A stretch of DNA of 64,000 nucleotides from an uncultured archaeon (GTDB lineage Archaea > Thermoproteota > Nitrososphaeria_A > Caldarchaeales > Wolframiiraptoraceae), in the NCBI GenBank assembly GCA_937974645.1, contig CALJVH010000024.1, positions 9,105 to 73,104 of the forward strand, read 5' to 3'. Numbering within the stretch: position 1 is the first letter of the stretch; each line of letters starts with the position of its first letter. The notes under the pieces were generated by a model that worked only from the letters and a program-made list of their open reading frames with translations, searched no databases and was not told the DNA's origin. Below are positions 39,340 through 47,363 of the stretch, piece by piece. A program made the translations under genes and the position numbers.

Positions 39340-40597
39340 CGTACTGTATCTAGCGTTCTCCGCTCTAAGATCTAGGAAGCTCAGGACAACACTGACCATA
39401 CTTGGGATGACCATTGGTCCAGCCCTCTATGTTGCGGCAATCGCATCAACTCAAGGATATGGAGAGGCATTAACACGCAGCCTACAGACGCTAGGTGCTA
39501 ATGTCATTCAGATAATGTCAATGCCGGGAGGGCCGGGGGGTGGAAGCCGGGTGGAATTAACTGATAAAGTACTTCAGAAGTTGTCAGAGGTTGATGGAGT
39601 TGCTACGGTAGTCCCAATGTACTCCATATCCAGCGCTACAATCAGGATTAAAGGTACGACGGTGGAGGTGTCTCCGGGGGGAGAGACGTACAGAATTATT
39701 GCTGTGGATCTGAAGCTTCTTGACGACATTTTCAAAGGGCTTCAGCTAGGTGAAGGGAATCTTTCTGGGACTGGTAGTTCCATAGCAGTGATAGGCGCGA
39801 AGATTTCAAAGCCCGATAACTCAGATCTCCCGGAGATAAATCTCGGCGATGCGATAACCATAGAAGTAACTTCAAGTGGCGGGGAAAAACACGCAATCAC
39901 CGTAAGGGTAATCGGTATATTAAAGGAATATGGGCAGGGTCTTTTCTTCAACCCGGATACAACGATATTTATACCGTTAAGAGCTGGAAAAAGATTGACG
40001 GGCTTATCAACGTATAGTCAGGTGTTCATAATAGCTAGAGATACAAGCTATATTCAACAAATCCAGACCGAGATAACAAATGTTATTGGCAGTAATGTTA
40101 GAGCATTTTCACCGCAGCAAATAGCGCAAACAATTGAGCAGACGATGGGGCAGTTTTCATCATTCCTGGCCTCAATATCCTTTATGTCATTCATAGTCGC
40201 ATTTCTGGCTATAATGACGACAATGTTCACATCGGTCACGGAGAGAGTTAGGGAGATCGGAATTCTGAAAGCAGTGGGATTCAGGACAAAACATATCCTA
40301 GGATTGTTCCTCACAGAGGCTGTGTTGATAGGGCTTATAGGAGGAGCGCTAGGCATTACCGCGGGCGTTATCGGGGCTCATTTCTTCTACCTGCCTTTTG
40401 GGAACATTAGCGCACCATTCGGGCAGCCTGGAAGAAGTCAAGTAGTAACTTTTTCCTTACAGGTAACTCCAAAAATAACCCTTGACCTATTATTGACGAC
40501 ATTGGCGATGGCCATCATGATAGGGTTGCTAGCGGGCCTGATCCCAGCTTGGAGGGCGGCAAAATACCGTCCAGTGGAGGCGCTGAGATATGAGTGA
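39326..40597 (+). CDS. ABC transporter permease, FtsX/MacB family with a large extracytoplasmic domain
   Basis: N-terminal LRSRKLRTTLTILGMTIG, an extracytoplasmic loop of about 230 aa, and a C-terminal FtsX module (REIGILKAVGF...). Overlaps the upstream gene by 14 nt. Confidence 0.8.
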   Translation: MRLLDVLYLAFSALRSRKLRTTLTILGMTIGPALYVAAIASTQGYGEALTRSLQTLGANVIQIMSMPGGPGGGSRVELTDKVLQKLSEVDGVATVVPMYSISSATIRIKGTTVEVSPGGETYRIIAVDLKLLDDIFKGLQLGEGNLSGTGSSIAVIGAKISKPDNSDLPEINLGDAITIEVTSSGGEKHAITVRVIGILKEYGQGLFFNPDTTIFIPLRAGKRLTGLSTYSQVFIIARDTSYIQQIQTEITNVIGSNVRAFSPQQIAQTIEQTMGQFSSFLASISFMSFIVAFLAIMTTMFTSVTERVREIGILKAVGFRTKHILGLFLTEAVLIGLIGGALGITAGVIGAHFFYLPFGNISAPFGQPGRSQVVTFSLQVTPKITLDLLLTTLAMAIMIGLLAGLIPAWRAAKYRPVEALRYE

Positions 40598-41315
40598 GGA
40601 AGGTCCGGGAAATGATTACTGGAAAAAGAATCTTAAAGCTATGCTTTCTTCAAGAAAAACGAAGTGGATAATATTGGGGTGCATCATTGTTGTCGCATTA
40701 ATTACATCTACAATTATGATATACGATTACTTTGCCGAGAAAAGTTTAAGGGAGAAAAAGGATCTTGAAATGCTACTAGACCTACTGGAAAAAGAAGTTA
40801 AAGAAATTGAAGAGAATAGATCCATATATGGGCCGCCTCCCCCGAGAGTTGACGTTCAGGATGCTAGGATTTTATTAGATAAAGCTCGACAACACTCCAG
40901 AAGGGGAGAATATGATCTTGCATGGCTGAATATTAAAAAACTAATGTTCATGTTACGCGAGTACTTCCTTCAACCAGGTATAAACGTCATTGATGAAGAA
41001 GCCGCTATGAAATGCATTCTCTTGGGAAAGATTGAGAGAATTAAACGCTGGATAGACATCTTCATGGAACTTTCCGAAAAAACATGCGACGAAAATGTAA
41101 AGGATTTATTATTAAACGCTTCAAATACTTTGAAGCAGATAGTTAAAGAAGCTGAACAGCTTGTCGAAAAGGGCTCTTACCAAGAGGCTAAGATCAAATT
41201 GGATAAAGCGTTTAAGATAATTAATGATATTTTGAAATCTCTAAAACCCAATATACCACCACCCCCACCTCCGAGGGAAGGGATTATGCGAGCTCCACCT
41301 CATTTCTCCGATTGA
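40590..41315 (+). CDS. Membrane-anchored helical / coiled-coil protein with a proline-rich tail, function unknown
   Basis: A single N-terminal TM helix (WIILGCIIVVALITSTIMIY), then a K/E-rich helical region, GPPPPR, and C-terminal IPPPPPPREG. Overlaps the FtsX gene by 8 nt. Confidence 0.5.
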   Translation: MSEEGPGNDYWKKNLKAMLSSRKTKWIILGCIIVVALITSTIMIYDYFAEKSLREKKDLEMLLDLLEKEVKEIEENRSIYGPPPPRVDVQDARILLDKARQHSRRGEYDLAWLNIKKLMFMLREYFLQPGINVIDEEAAMKCILLGKIERIKRWIDIFMELSEKTCDENVKDLLLNASNTLKQIVKEAEQLVEKGSYQEAKIKLDKAFKIINDILKSLKPNIPPPPPPREGIMRAPPHFSD

Positions 41316-42114
41316 CTTTCACAACTCGAACCAATCCTCTTCTCTCAAGTCTTCTAACAACCCTCCAAACGGTAGTCTTAGGGAGATGGGTCAAAGCTCT
41401 AATATCTGATTCAGAAACTCTCCTCCTTTTTCTAATTATCTCCAAAATTCTCTTCTCATCTTCTGAGAGATCATACAAGCCTCTCCTAAACCTCCTCACA
41501 AATATTATCGTAGAAAGTGCAGCAACGAAGCCTCCTAGTGATCCAACAAGAATAAGGACGGGAAAATTTTGTTGCGCATTTTCATTAAAAGAAGTCTCAC
41601 CGACTCGCATTATATATTCTATCCTCCAGTATCCAGGGCTTAGAATAAGCTTCAGTAAGCCCCCCTCACTTGTTATTGTCCTTGGGATGTCAGTCAAAGA
41701 GAGTATCATACTTTTACTCGGCAGTAAAATTGCGGCCTCCATCGGTAGATACAATTCTAGAATCCATAAAGAGCCATTTTTAAATGTCAGAGCATCAGTA
41801 TCATAATAGATTATTACCTCTTGCAATGAGTCGTAATGAATAACCAATTTGTCTGCCGTCAGATCATAATTAAGAAGGGTTCCATCTTCCCTTAGCACTA
41901 TGAGATTTTCCACATCATTAGTAAGTAAATTGACAGTAACGTTTCCCATAGACTTGTCAGGAAAAATCTTTTCTTCTACATGCACCACTCCATCTTCGTA
42001 GACCCTTAAAGTCAAACTAGGCATGTTGACCCCCAAAACAGAAGAAGCCGAAGAGAGCATAATGAGTAGAAGCAGCAAAAACACCAGGCGTTCTTCCGTG
42101 GCGCTTCTAGCCAT
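41284..42114 (-). CDS. Membrane-tethered winged-helix (TrmB/MarR-like) regulator with an extracytoplasmic domain
   Basis: Signal/TM segment LVFLLLLLIMLSSASS, an outside domain of about 170 aa, a TM helix FPVLILVGSLGGFVAALSTIIFV, then a cytoplasmic wHTH EDEKRILEIIRKRRRVSESDIRALTHLPKTTVWRVVRRLERRGLV. Confidence 0.6.
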   Translation of the reverse strand: MARSATEERLVFLLLLLIMLSSASSVLGVNMPSLTLRVYEDGVVHVEEKIFPDKSMGNVTVNLLTNDVENLIVLREDGTLLNYDLTADKLVIHYDSLQEVIIYYDTDALTFKNGSLWILELYLPMEAAILLPSKSMILSLTDIPRTITSEGGLLKLILSPGYWRIEYIMRVGETSFNENAQQNFPVLILVGSLGGFVAALSTIIFVRRFRRGLYDLSEDEKRILEIIRKRRRVSESDIRALTHLPKTTVWRVVRRLERRGLVRVVKVNRRNEVELA

Positions 42115-42543
42115 TTTCTATTCTAAACACTGTCCTCTGGCAGACTTTATTTATATATTATTCACTCGTTTCCGTTCATATGGTGTGCCTAATCAATGCC
42201 TCCCCCCGTAAATGTTTACCGGCCAATTTGGCGGAAAGCTGGTTCGGGAAAAGATGAACACGTTTTCATTTAGGTTTTTATTTAAAAATCATCTTAGTCA
42301 ACGTAGTTGCGTAGTCCATAAGGATGTATTCCCATTCTTATTTATCGAGATTCTTGTCTCCTATTATAGAAACGGTGTATGAAGCCGAAAAAGGCGTACG
42401 CAGAAAAGAACCTAGAGATTGCTGAAAAGCGGAGAGAACCGATTTGATTCGTGTTAATTCTTGAAACGTCCTCGAAAGCATGTATCTTTTGTGGACCATT
42501 TTTCTGGTAAGAGGATGGTGCTAATGATTTATACAGCTCCTCT

Positions 42544-43791
42544 TTGCTTAATTATCCTGTGAAGGGGGTTGTAGAATGCGTTAGGGCGATTTCCAGAGAG
42601 CTCTTAGATGAGGTTGTCGAGGCGTTTGTCGAGATTCTGAGAATCCCGGCCATAAGTCCCTCAGCTGGCGGTTGTGGCGAGCTTAGAAGGGCTGAGAGAC
42701 TTCAATCCATTCTCTCGGAGTTCGGGGTTGAGCGAATAAAGAGAGTGGATGTTCCTGATGAGAGGGCTGAGGGCGGTGTTAGGCCAAACATTATCACGAC
42801 CATGGAGGGCGAGAACTCGGATAAGACCCTCTGGCTGATAGCCCATATGGATACTGTTCCTGAGGGTGATGTGAGGCTTTGGGAGACCGATCCCTTTGAG
42901 CCCGTGATCAGGGATGGGAGGATATGTGCAAGGGGCGCTGAGGATAATGGTCAAGCAATAGCGTCAATGCTTCTGGCCGCAAAAACCCTCATGAGGCTCG
43001 GGCTGAGGCCAAAGGTCAATCTTGGAATGGTCTTCGTCTCCGACGAGGAGACGGGTAACAGGTATGGGCTTGAGCAACTCGCCAATAAGGGGATATTCAT
43101 GAGTGGCGATGAGGCTGTTGTCCTTGATTATGGCTCACCCGACGGCTCCGAGATAGAAGTTGCTGAGAAGCACGTATTATGGTTAAGGTTCGTAGTGCGC
43201 GGCGCCCAAGCTCATGCAGCCTTCCCACACCAAGGGATAAATGCTCATAGGGTTGGGGCACGACTGCTCTTAGCACTAGATGACATGTTGCATAAAAAGT
43301 TCAACGAGCGTGATGAGCTATACATTCCTCCTACGTCCACTTTCGAACCGACGAAGAAGGAGCTGAACGTAGATAACATAAACACGATCCCGGGCACGGA
43401 TGTCTTTTACTTCGATTGCAGAATCCTGCCACGATATTCTCCAACGGAAATCTTGACTGTTGTAAGAGATCTTTGTAGAGAGTTTGAGCTAATGTATGGC
43501 GTGAAGATTGAGGTTGAGGAGGTTATAAGCTGGGAGGCCCCTCCCCCAACACCTCCGAGCGCTAATGTGGTTAGGAAGCTCTCCGAGGCGCTGAAGCTCT
43601 CGAGAGGAATTGATGCGAAGATTATCGGGATAGGCGGTGGAACCTGCGCGGCGATTCTCAGAGCGCAGCGCATTCCGGCCGCCGTGTGGTCCACGCTGGA
43701 TGGCATGGCTCATAAACCTAATGAATATTGCAAAATGGAAAATATACAGAGAGATGCGGAGACTCTCACACTCCTTTCGCTCCTGATTTAG
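42544..43791 (+). CDS. M20-family metallopeptidase / deacylase (ArgE/DapE/CPG2-like)
   Basis: LIAHMDTVP, GAEDNGQ and VSDEETG motifs. 415 aa. The start is uncertain (TTG at 42544 or GTG at 42559). Confidence 0.75.
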   Translation: MLNYPVKGVVECVRAISRELLDEVVEAFVEILRIPAISPSAGGCGELRRAERLQSILSEFGVERIKRVDVPDERAEGGVRPNIITTMEGENSDKTLWLIAHMDTVPEGDVRLWETDPFEPVIRDGRICARGAEDNGQAIASMLLAAKTLMRLGLRPKVNLGMVFVSDEETGNRYGLEQLANKGIFMSGDEAVVLDYGSPDGSEIEVAEKHVLWLRFVVRGAQAHAAFPHQGINAHRVGARLLLALDDMLHKKFNERDELYIPPTSTFEPTKKELNVDNINTIPGTDVFYFDCRILPRYSPTEILTVVRDLCREFELMYGVKIEVEEVISWEAPPPTPPSANVVRKLSEALKLSRGIDAKIIGIGGGTCAAILRAQRIPAAVWSTLDGMAHKPNEYCKMENIQRDAETLTLLSLLI

Positions 43792-44801
43792 CTCGATCTC
43801 CTACCACCTTTCCAAATTGACGGATAGATCCCCCTCCTCATTATCACCCGCTCGGTATCCACCGCTATGCCATGATCCCTCTCAAGCATCTCCTCTGCAT
43901 CCATCAGGCTTCTCCCGATGGCTACGAGCTCTCCCTTGAGCGTCATGATCGCTGCTGGTGCATCTCTCCTAACAATGTTCTCTACTTTAGCCACGCCGAC
44001 AACGGCGAGGTTCGCCCCATGACATATCGCGTCAACGGCTGTGTCAAGAATGAAAACCTTCGGCATATACTCCACGGCCTCCTCGACGGGTCTCAAAATC
44101 TCCCTCAGCCGAGCCTCATCCCCACTCTCCTTATACTCCTTCAACGCCCAATAGAGGTCTAACAACATGTGAGCCTTCTCCTCAACGAATGGGCCGGCCC
44201 TCGTCCTCCGGAGCTCCTGCATGTGGGCGCCGCATCGCAGGTATAGGCCGATATCCCTGCATAATCTTCGTATGTATGTTCCGCCAGAGCAGGCGACTTT
44301 CATCAGCACGTTTCTCCCAATTCTCTCGATTAGCTCGACCCTGTAGATAATCCTCGTCCTGATCCTTCGCGAGACACTCGACCTAACCGGCGGGACCTGA
44401 TAGATCTCGCCCGTGAAGAACCTAAGCGCCCGCTCGAGATCCTCGTCAGAGATGTCTTCATGGAGCCTCATCAGGCAGACATATTCTTTTCCGCCGCCCA
44501 TGACTGCCCCCGCGCACTTCGTCGCTTCCTCAATGAGTATTGGTAGGACGCCTGAGACCGCTGGATCAAGTGTTCCTCCATGTCCAGCTTGCTTCGCAGC
44601 TAGGAGCTCTTTCACGGTGAACGCTACCTCATGACTCGTCGGCCCGCGAGGCTTATCTACATTAATAATGCATGCTTTGAGAAGCTCCTCGATGGGTCTC
44701 TTATATGGCGGGCACCCGTAGCTTGGATCGCTCTCGGAATCAACCCTGACCAAAATCTCCCGTTCTATCTCCCATGGGGGCCTCGCCGCCTCGAAGATCA
44801 T
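43788..44801 (-). CDS. cbf5: H/ACA RNP pseudouridine synthase Cbf5 (TruB family with a PUA domain)
   Basis: INVDKPRGPTSHEV, GHGGTLDP and a C-terminal PUA-like region. 337 aa. Confidence 0.9.
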   Translation of the reverse strand: MIFEAARPPWEIEREILVRVDSESDPSYGCPPYKRPIEELLKACIINVDKPRGPTSHEVAFTVKELLAAKQAGHGGTLDPAVSGVLPILIEEATKCAGAVMGGGKEYVCLMRLHEDISDEDLERALRFFTGEIYQVPPVRSSVSRRIRTRIIYRVELIERIGRNVLMKVACSGGTYIRRLCRDIGLYLRCGAHMQELRRTRAGPFVEEKAHMLLDLYWALKEYKESGDEARLREILRPVEEAVEYMPKVFILDTAVDAICHGANLAVVGVAKVENIVRRDAPAAIMTLKGELVAIGRSLMDAEEMLERDHGIAVDTERVIMRRGIYPSIWKGGRRSS

Positions 44802-44840
44802 CCAGCCGTGATCAGTTATCCTTTATTCAAAAAGGTTCGC

Positions 44841-45131
44841 TTAGGCCAGTGCTTTGAGCTCCACCTTGACCTCGGACTTCATGTAATCTATCAGGCCGGC
44901 CGCCTCTAGAGCCTTCACAACCTCCTCGTCGCTGGCACCCCTCTTGATCTCTATCCTGTGAGACGTGAATGCTAGGTGTTTCACGTTAGCCTTCCTCCTC
45001 CGGACCCCCGTCAGCTGCTTCGGCCCTGTAACCAGCACGAAGTTCTTATCAGCCACATCGACTATGACGCACTTCTTCCCTGCCTCTCTTCCCGAGACCT
45101 TCACGGCTATCCGGCCTATCTCCTCGATCAT
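44841..45131 (-). CDS. rpl14e: Ribosomal protein L14e
   Basis: IGRIAVKVSGREAGKKCVIVDVADKNFVLVTGP...RRRKANVKHL, the L14e KOW-type pattern. Confidence 0.85.
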   Translation of the reverse strand: MIEEIGRIAVKVSGREAGKKCVIVDVADKNFVLVTGPKQLTGVRRRKANVKHLAFTSHRIEIKRGASDEEVVKALEAAGLIDYMKSEVKVELKALA

Positions 45132-45202
45132 ATCCCCCCGAAGGCTCAGGGCCCTGCTATTTATGAGTTAATTTAGAATGATTATGATTTCCATACGAGT
45201 TG

Positions 45203-45637
45203 TTACTGCGTGGATAGCAGGTATATGGCTATTATCGTGAGGATTATTCCCGCCACTCCCTTCGGAGTTACTGCTTCCCCTAGAATGAGTGTGCTGAGGA
45301 GAACCGTTAATGCTAGTCCCGGCCTAGCTACGGGTATGATTACACCTCGCTCCCCCTATCTTCAGCGCAGGAAGCATGGAGGCTATGCCCAGATCTATGG
45401 AGATTCCTGAAAGGGAGGGGTAAACCACCGTATCTTTGTTTAGGGAGGCCCTCCACCCCTCAAAGGGACAACACAGGGGCAATGGCTACTGCGAGCACCA
45501 TCAGAGTCTCCGTGAGGTAGTGGCTAATTGGCGAGGGGCTCAGCGAGACCCCCCTTTTTCCTGAAGAAATCGCCGAGCCCTATGAATATGAAGACTACTA
45601 GAGCGAGACCGATCTCCACTCTAAGATGCTGTAACAT
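45203..45637 (-). pseudogene. Small EamA/DMT-like membrane transporter gene, frameshifted
   Basis: Reverse-strand pieces lie in different frames: MLQHLRVEIGLALVVFIFIGLGDFFRKKGGLAEPLAN, PISHYLTETLMVLAVAIAPVLSL, and IIPVARPGLALTVLLSTLILGEAVTPKGVAGIILTIIAIYLLS. The track shows no intact minus-strand ORF here. Confidence 0.45.
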
Positions 45638-45697
45638 ATTTCTGCGCTCCTCAAGCGTTTTATAAACTCATCCATGAGAGCTGGGAGAATTAGCAGG

Positions 45698-46219
45698 CTA
45701 CTTTCTAAGCTTCGCCAAGCTCAGTATCTGCTGGGGCTTCAGCGCCGAGATGCCGGTATATGCTCCGGCGACCTCGATCAAAACTATCCAGTCCGGGTTC
45801 TTCAAATCAACCCTTCTATTAACGTTCTTCGCGGCGGCCTCGATTATCTCCGAGCTCGAGAGCGACGTATGCCTCTTCTCGATCGTTATCCTAAAGCTCT
45901 CATTCTCGGGAATCTTAGACGCAACCCTCTTGACGGCTTCAGCTATCATCTCGAGATTCGACTCCACGACTTCCTCTATTGGTATTATTCTCATCAGGCT
46001 TCCAACTCTCCAAGGCTCCTCCTCGGCAATCACCCTAACTCTCTCGATCACCTCAAATGGGTCGAGGCTGGTCCTCGCGGTCAGCAGACCCGAGATGCTC
46101 GTCACCGAAACCTGCGGCTCACTATCACCGAGAAACCTGAGCAGATCCTCGAGCTCTATCGCCGCTAGGTTCTCCATGCCCCTGGCAGTCGTAACTATGA
46201 GGTTAAATCTCCTCGCCAC
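45698..46219 (-). CDS. THUMP-domain RNA-binding protein (COG1818-like)
   Basis: FNLIVTTARGMENLAAIELEDLL ... SFRITIEKR ... VDLKNPDWIVLIEV pattern. 173 aa. The longer + ORFs opposite it are low-complexity shadows. Confidence 0.65.
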   Translation of the reverse strand: MARRFNLIVTTARGMENLAAIELEDLLRFLGDSEPQVSVTSISGLLTARTSLDPFEVIERVRVIAEEEPWRVGSLMRIIPIEEVVESNLEMIAEAVKRVASKIPENESFRITIEKRHTSLSSSEIIEAAAKNVNRRVDLKNPDWIVLIEVAGAYTGISALKPQQILSLAKLRK

Positions 46220-46265
46220 GATTAGGAAAATCTCATCTCGACATATAAACGCATTACCGGAGCGC

Positions 46266-47213
46266 TTAAATGTCTGGTACTATTCCGGGTATTCTTGGGA
46301 ATGGCTGGACTTCTGCGACATGCGCCGCCCCTGCGATGTATGCTACGAATCGCTCTATTCCGAGGCCGGCTCCCGCCGATGGTTTTAGGAGACCTTCCTT
46401 AGCGAGGTCTAATAGGATCTTGTAGCTCGATTTCTCCAAGCCGTCGCGCTCAAGCTTTTTGACGAGCTTCTCGTATTCGTATTCTCGCTCGGCTCCCGAG
46501 ATGACTTCGCCGTATCCCTCTGGAAGAATCAGATCGTAGTTTCTCCACTCGCCGGTCTCCGGATCTTCGTAGTCGTAGAACTGTCTCGGTATTCCCGTTA
46601 CCCAAATCGGGTCCTCGACGATCTTCGAGATCTCGTCCTGCCACGAGTTCCCATACCTCTCCTCGAGTTCACTTCTCTTATAGACCTTGAATGGTGGTTG
46701 TGGGGTTTTCAAGTCTCTCCCGAGGATCTCGAGCTCGTGTGAGAGATTCTTCTTCACGTATTCTGTCGACTCTGTTATTAGCTCCTCATATATCCTGAAG
46801 ATGTCATGCATCTTCGCGTATGCTATCTCGACCTCAAACTGCGTGAACTCGTAGAGGTGTTTTCCGGTTGCCGCCCTATCCCTCTTCTCTATCCTGATGT
46901 TTGGTGAGAGAATGAATATCTTCTCGGGGCCGAGGGAGACGAGTACCCTCTTTTGGACTATCATGCTCTGCATCGTTGAGACCTTCTCGCCATAGATCTC
47001 GATCTCGATCTTCTTCTCGATGCTGAAGTCGGGGTCTGGCCAGAGCGGGTCCGTGGATTTGGAGAGGATGACAGGTAGCATCCAATAGAAACCCTTCTCG
47101 AGAAGCTTCTCTACTATGATCTTGAGTATCCCAGTCTGGATCTTGAGTATCGCGAGCTTCCGCTCATTCATCGGCTTCCTCAAGTCCAGCCCCTTAAGCA
47201 TAAGCCTCCTCAT
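46266..47213 (-). CDS. Class II aaRS catalytic-core paralog without an anticodon-binding domain (archaeal AsnA-like asparagine synthetase candidate)
   Basis: 315 aa. Class II-like motifs (FYWMLPVILS, YEFTQFEVE, GAGLGIERF) but no N-terminal OB domain. Confidence 0.55.
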   Translation of the reverse strand: MRRLMLKGLDLRKPMNERKLAILKIQTGILKIIVEKLLEKGFYWMLPVILSKSTDPLWPDPDFSIEKKIEIEIYGEKVSTMQSMIVQKRVLVSLGPEKIFILSPNIRIEKRDRAATGKHLYEFTQFEVEIAYAKMHDIFRIYEELITESTEYVKKNLSHELEILGRDLKTPQPPFKVYKRSELEERYGNSWQDEISKIVEDPIWVTGIPRQFYDYEDPETGEWRNYDLILPEGYGEVISGAEREYEYEKLVKKLERDGLEKSSYKILLDLAKEGLLKPSAGAGLGIERFVAYIAGAAHVAEVQPFPRIPGIVPDI

Positions 47214-47363
47214 TTAGCGCTCTGTGATCGAGATAAGCGCAATATATTTGTCTTTTTAACGGATGCTTCCGTCAATTAGATGAAGAATGGGGGACCATCT
47301 TATCAGCTTTTCCGACCCTTTGCCGGGGTTGCCGCTGGGCCGAGAGTATTATAGGCTCGAAGC

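Noticed and set aside
42115-42543. An att-type direct repeat of the tRNA-Ser 3' end that would delimit the AT-rich island
   Set aside because: I compared the tRNA 3' half (GCGTGGGTTCAAATCCCACCCCCGGCG) with this non-coding tail by eye and found no match, so classical integrase-mediated insertion is unsupported.
45750-46388. 212-aa + ORF (and the 164-aa ORF at 45674..46168)
   Set aside because: Both are S/L/I-rich, low-complexity shadows opposite the THUMP-domain gene (45698..46219) and the aaRS-like gene, which have clear family motifs.
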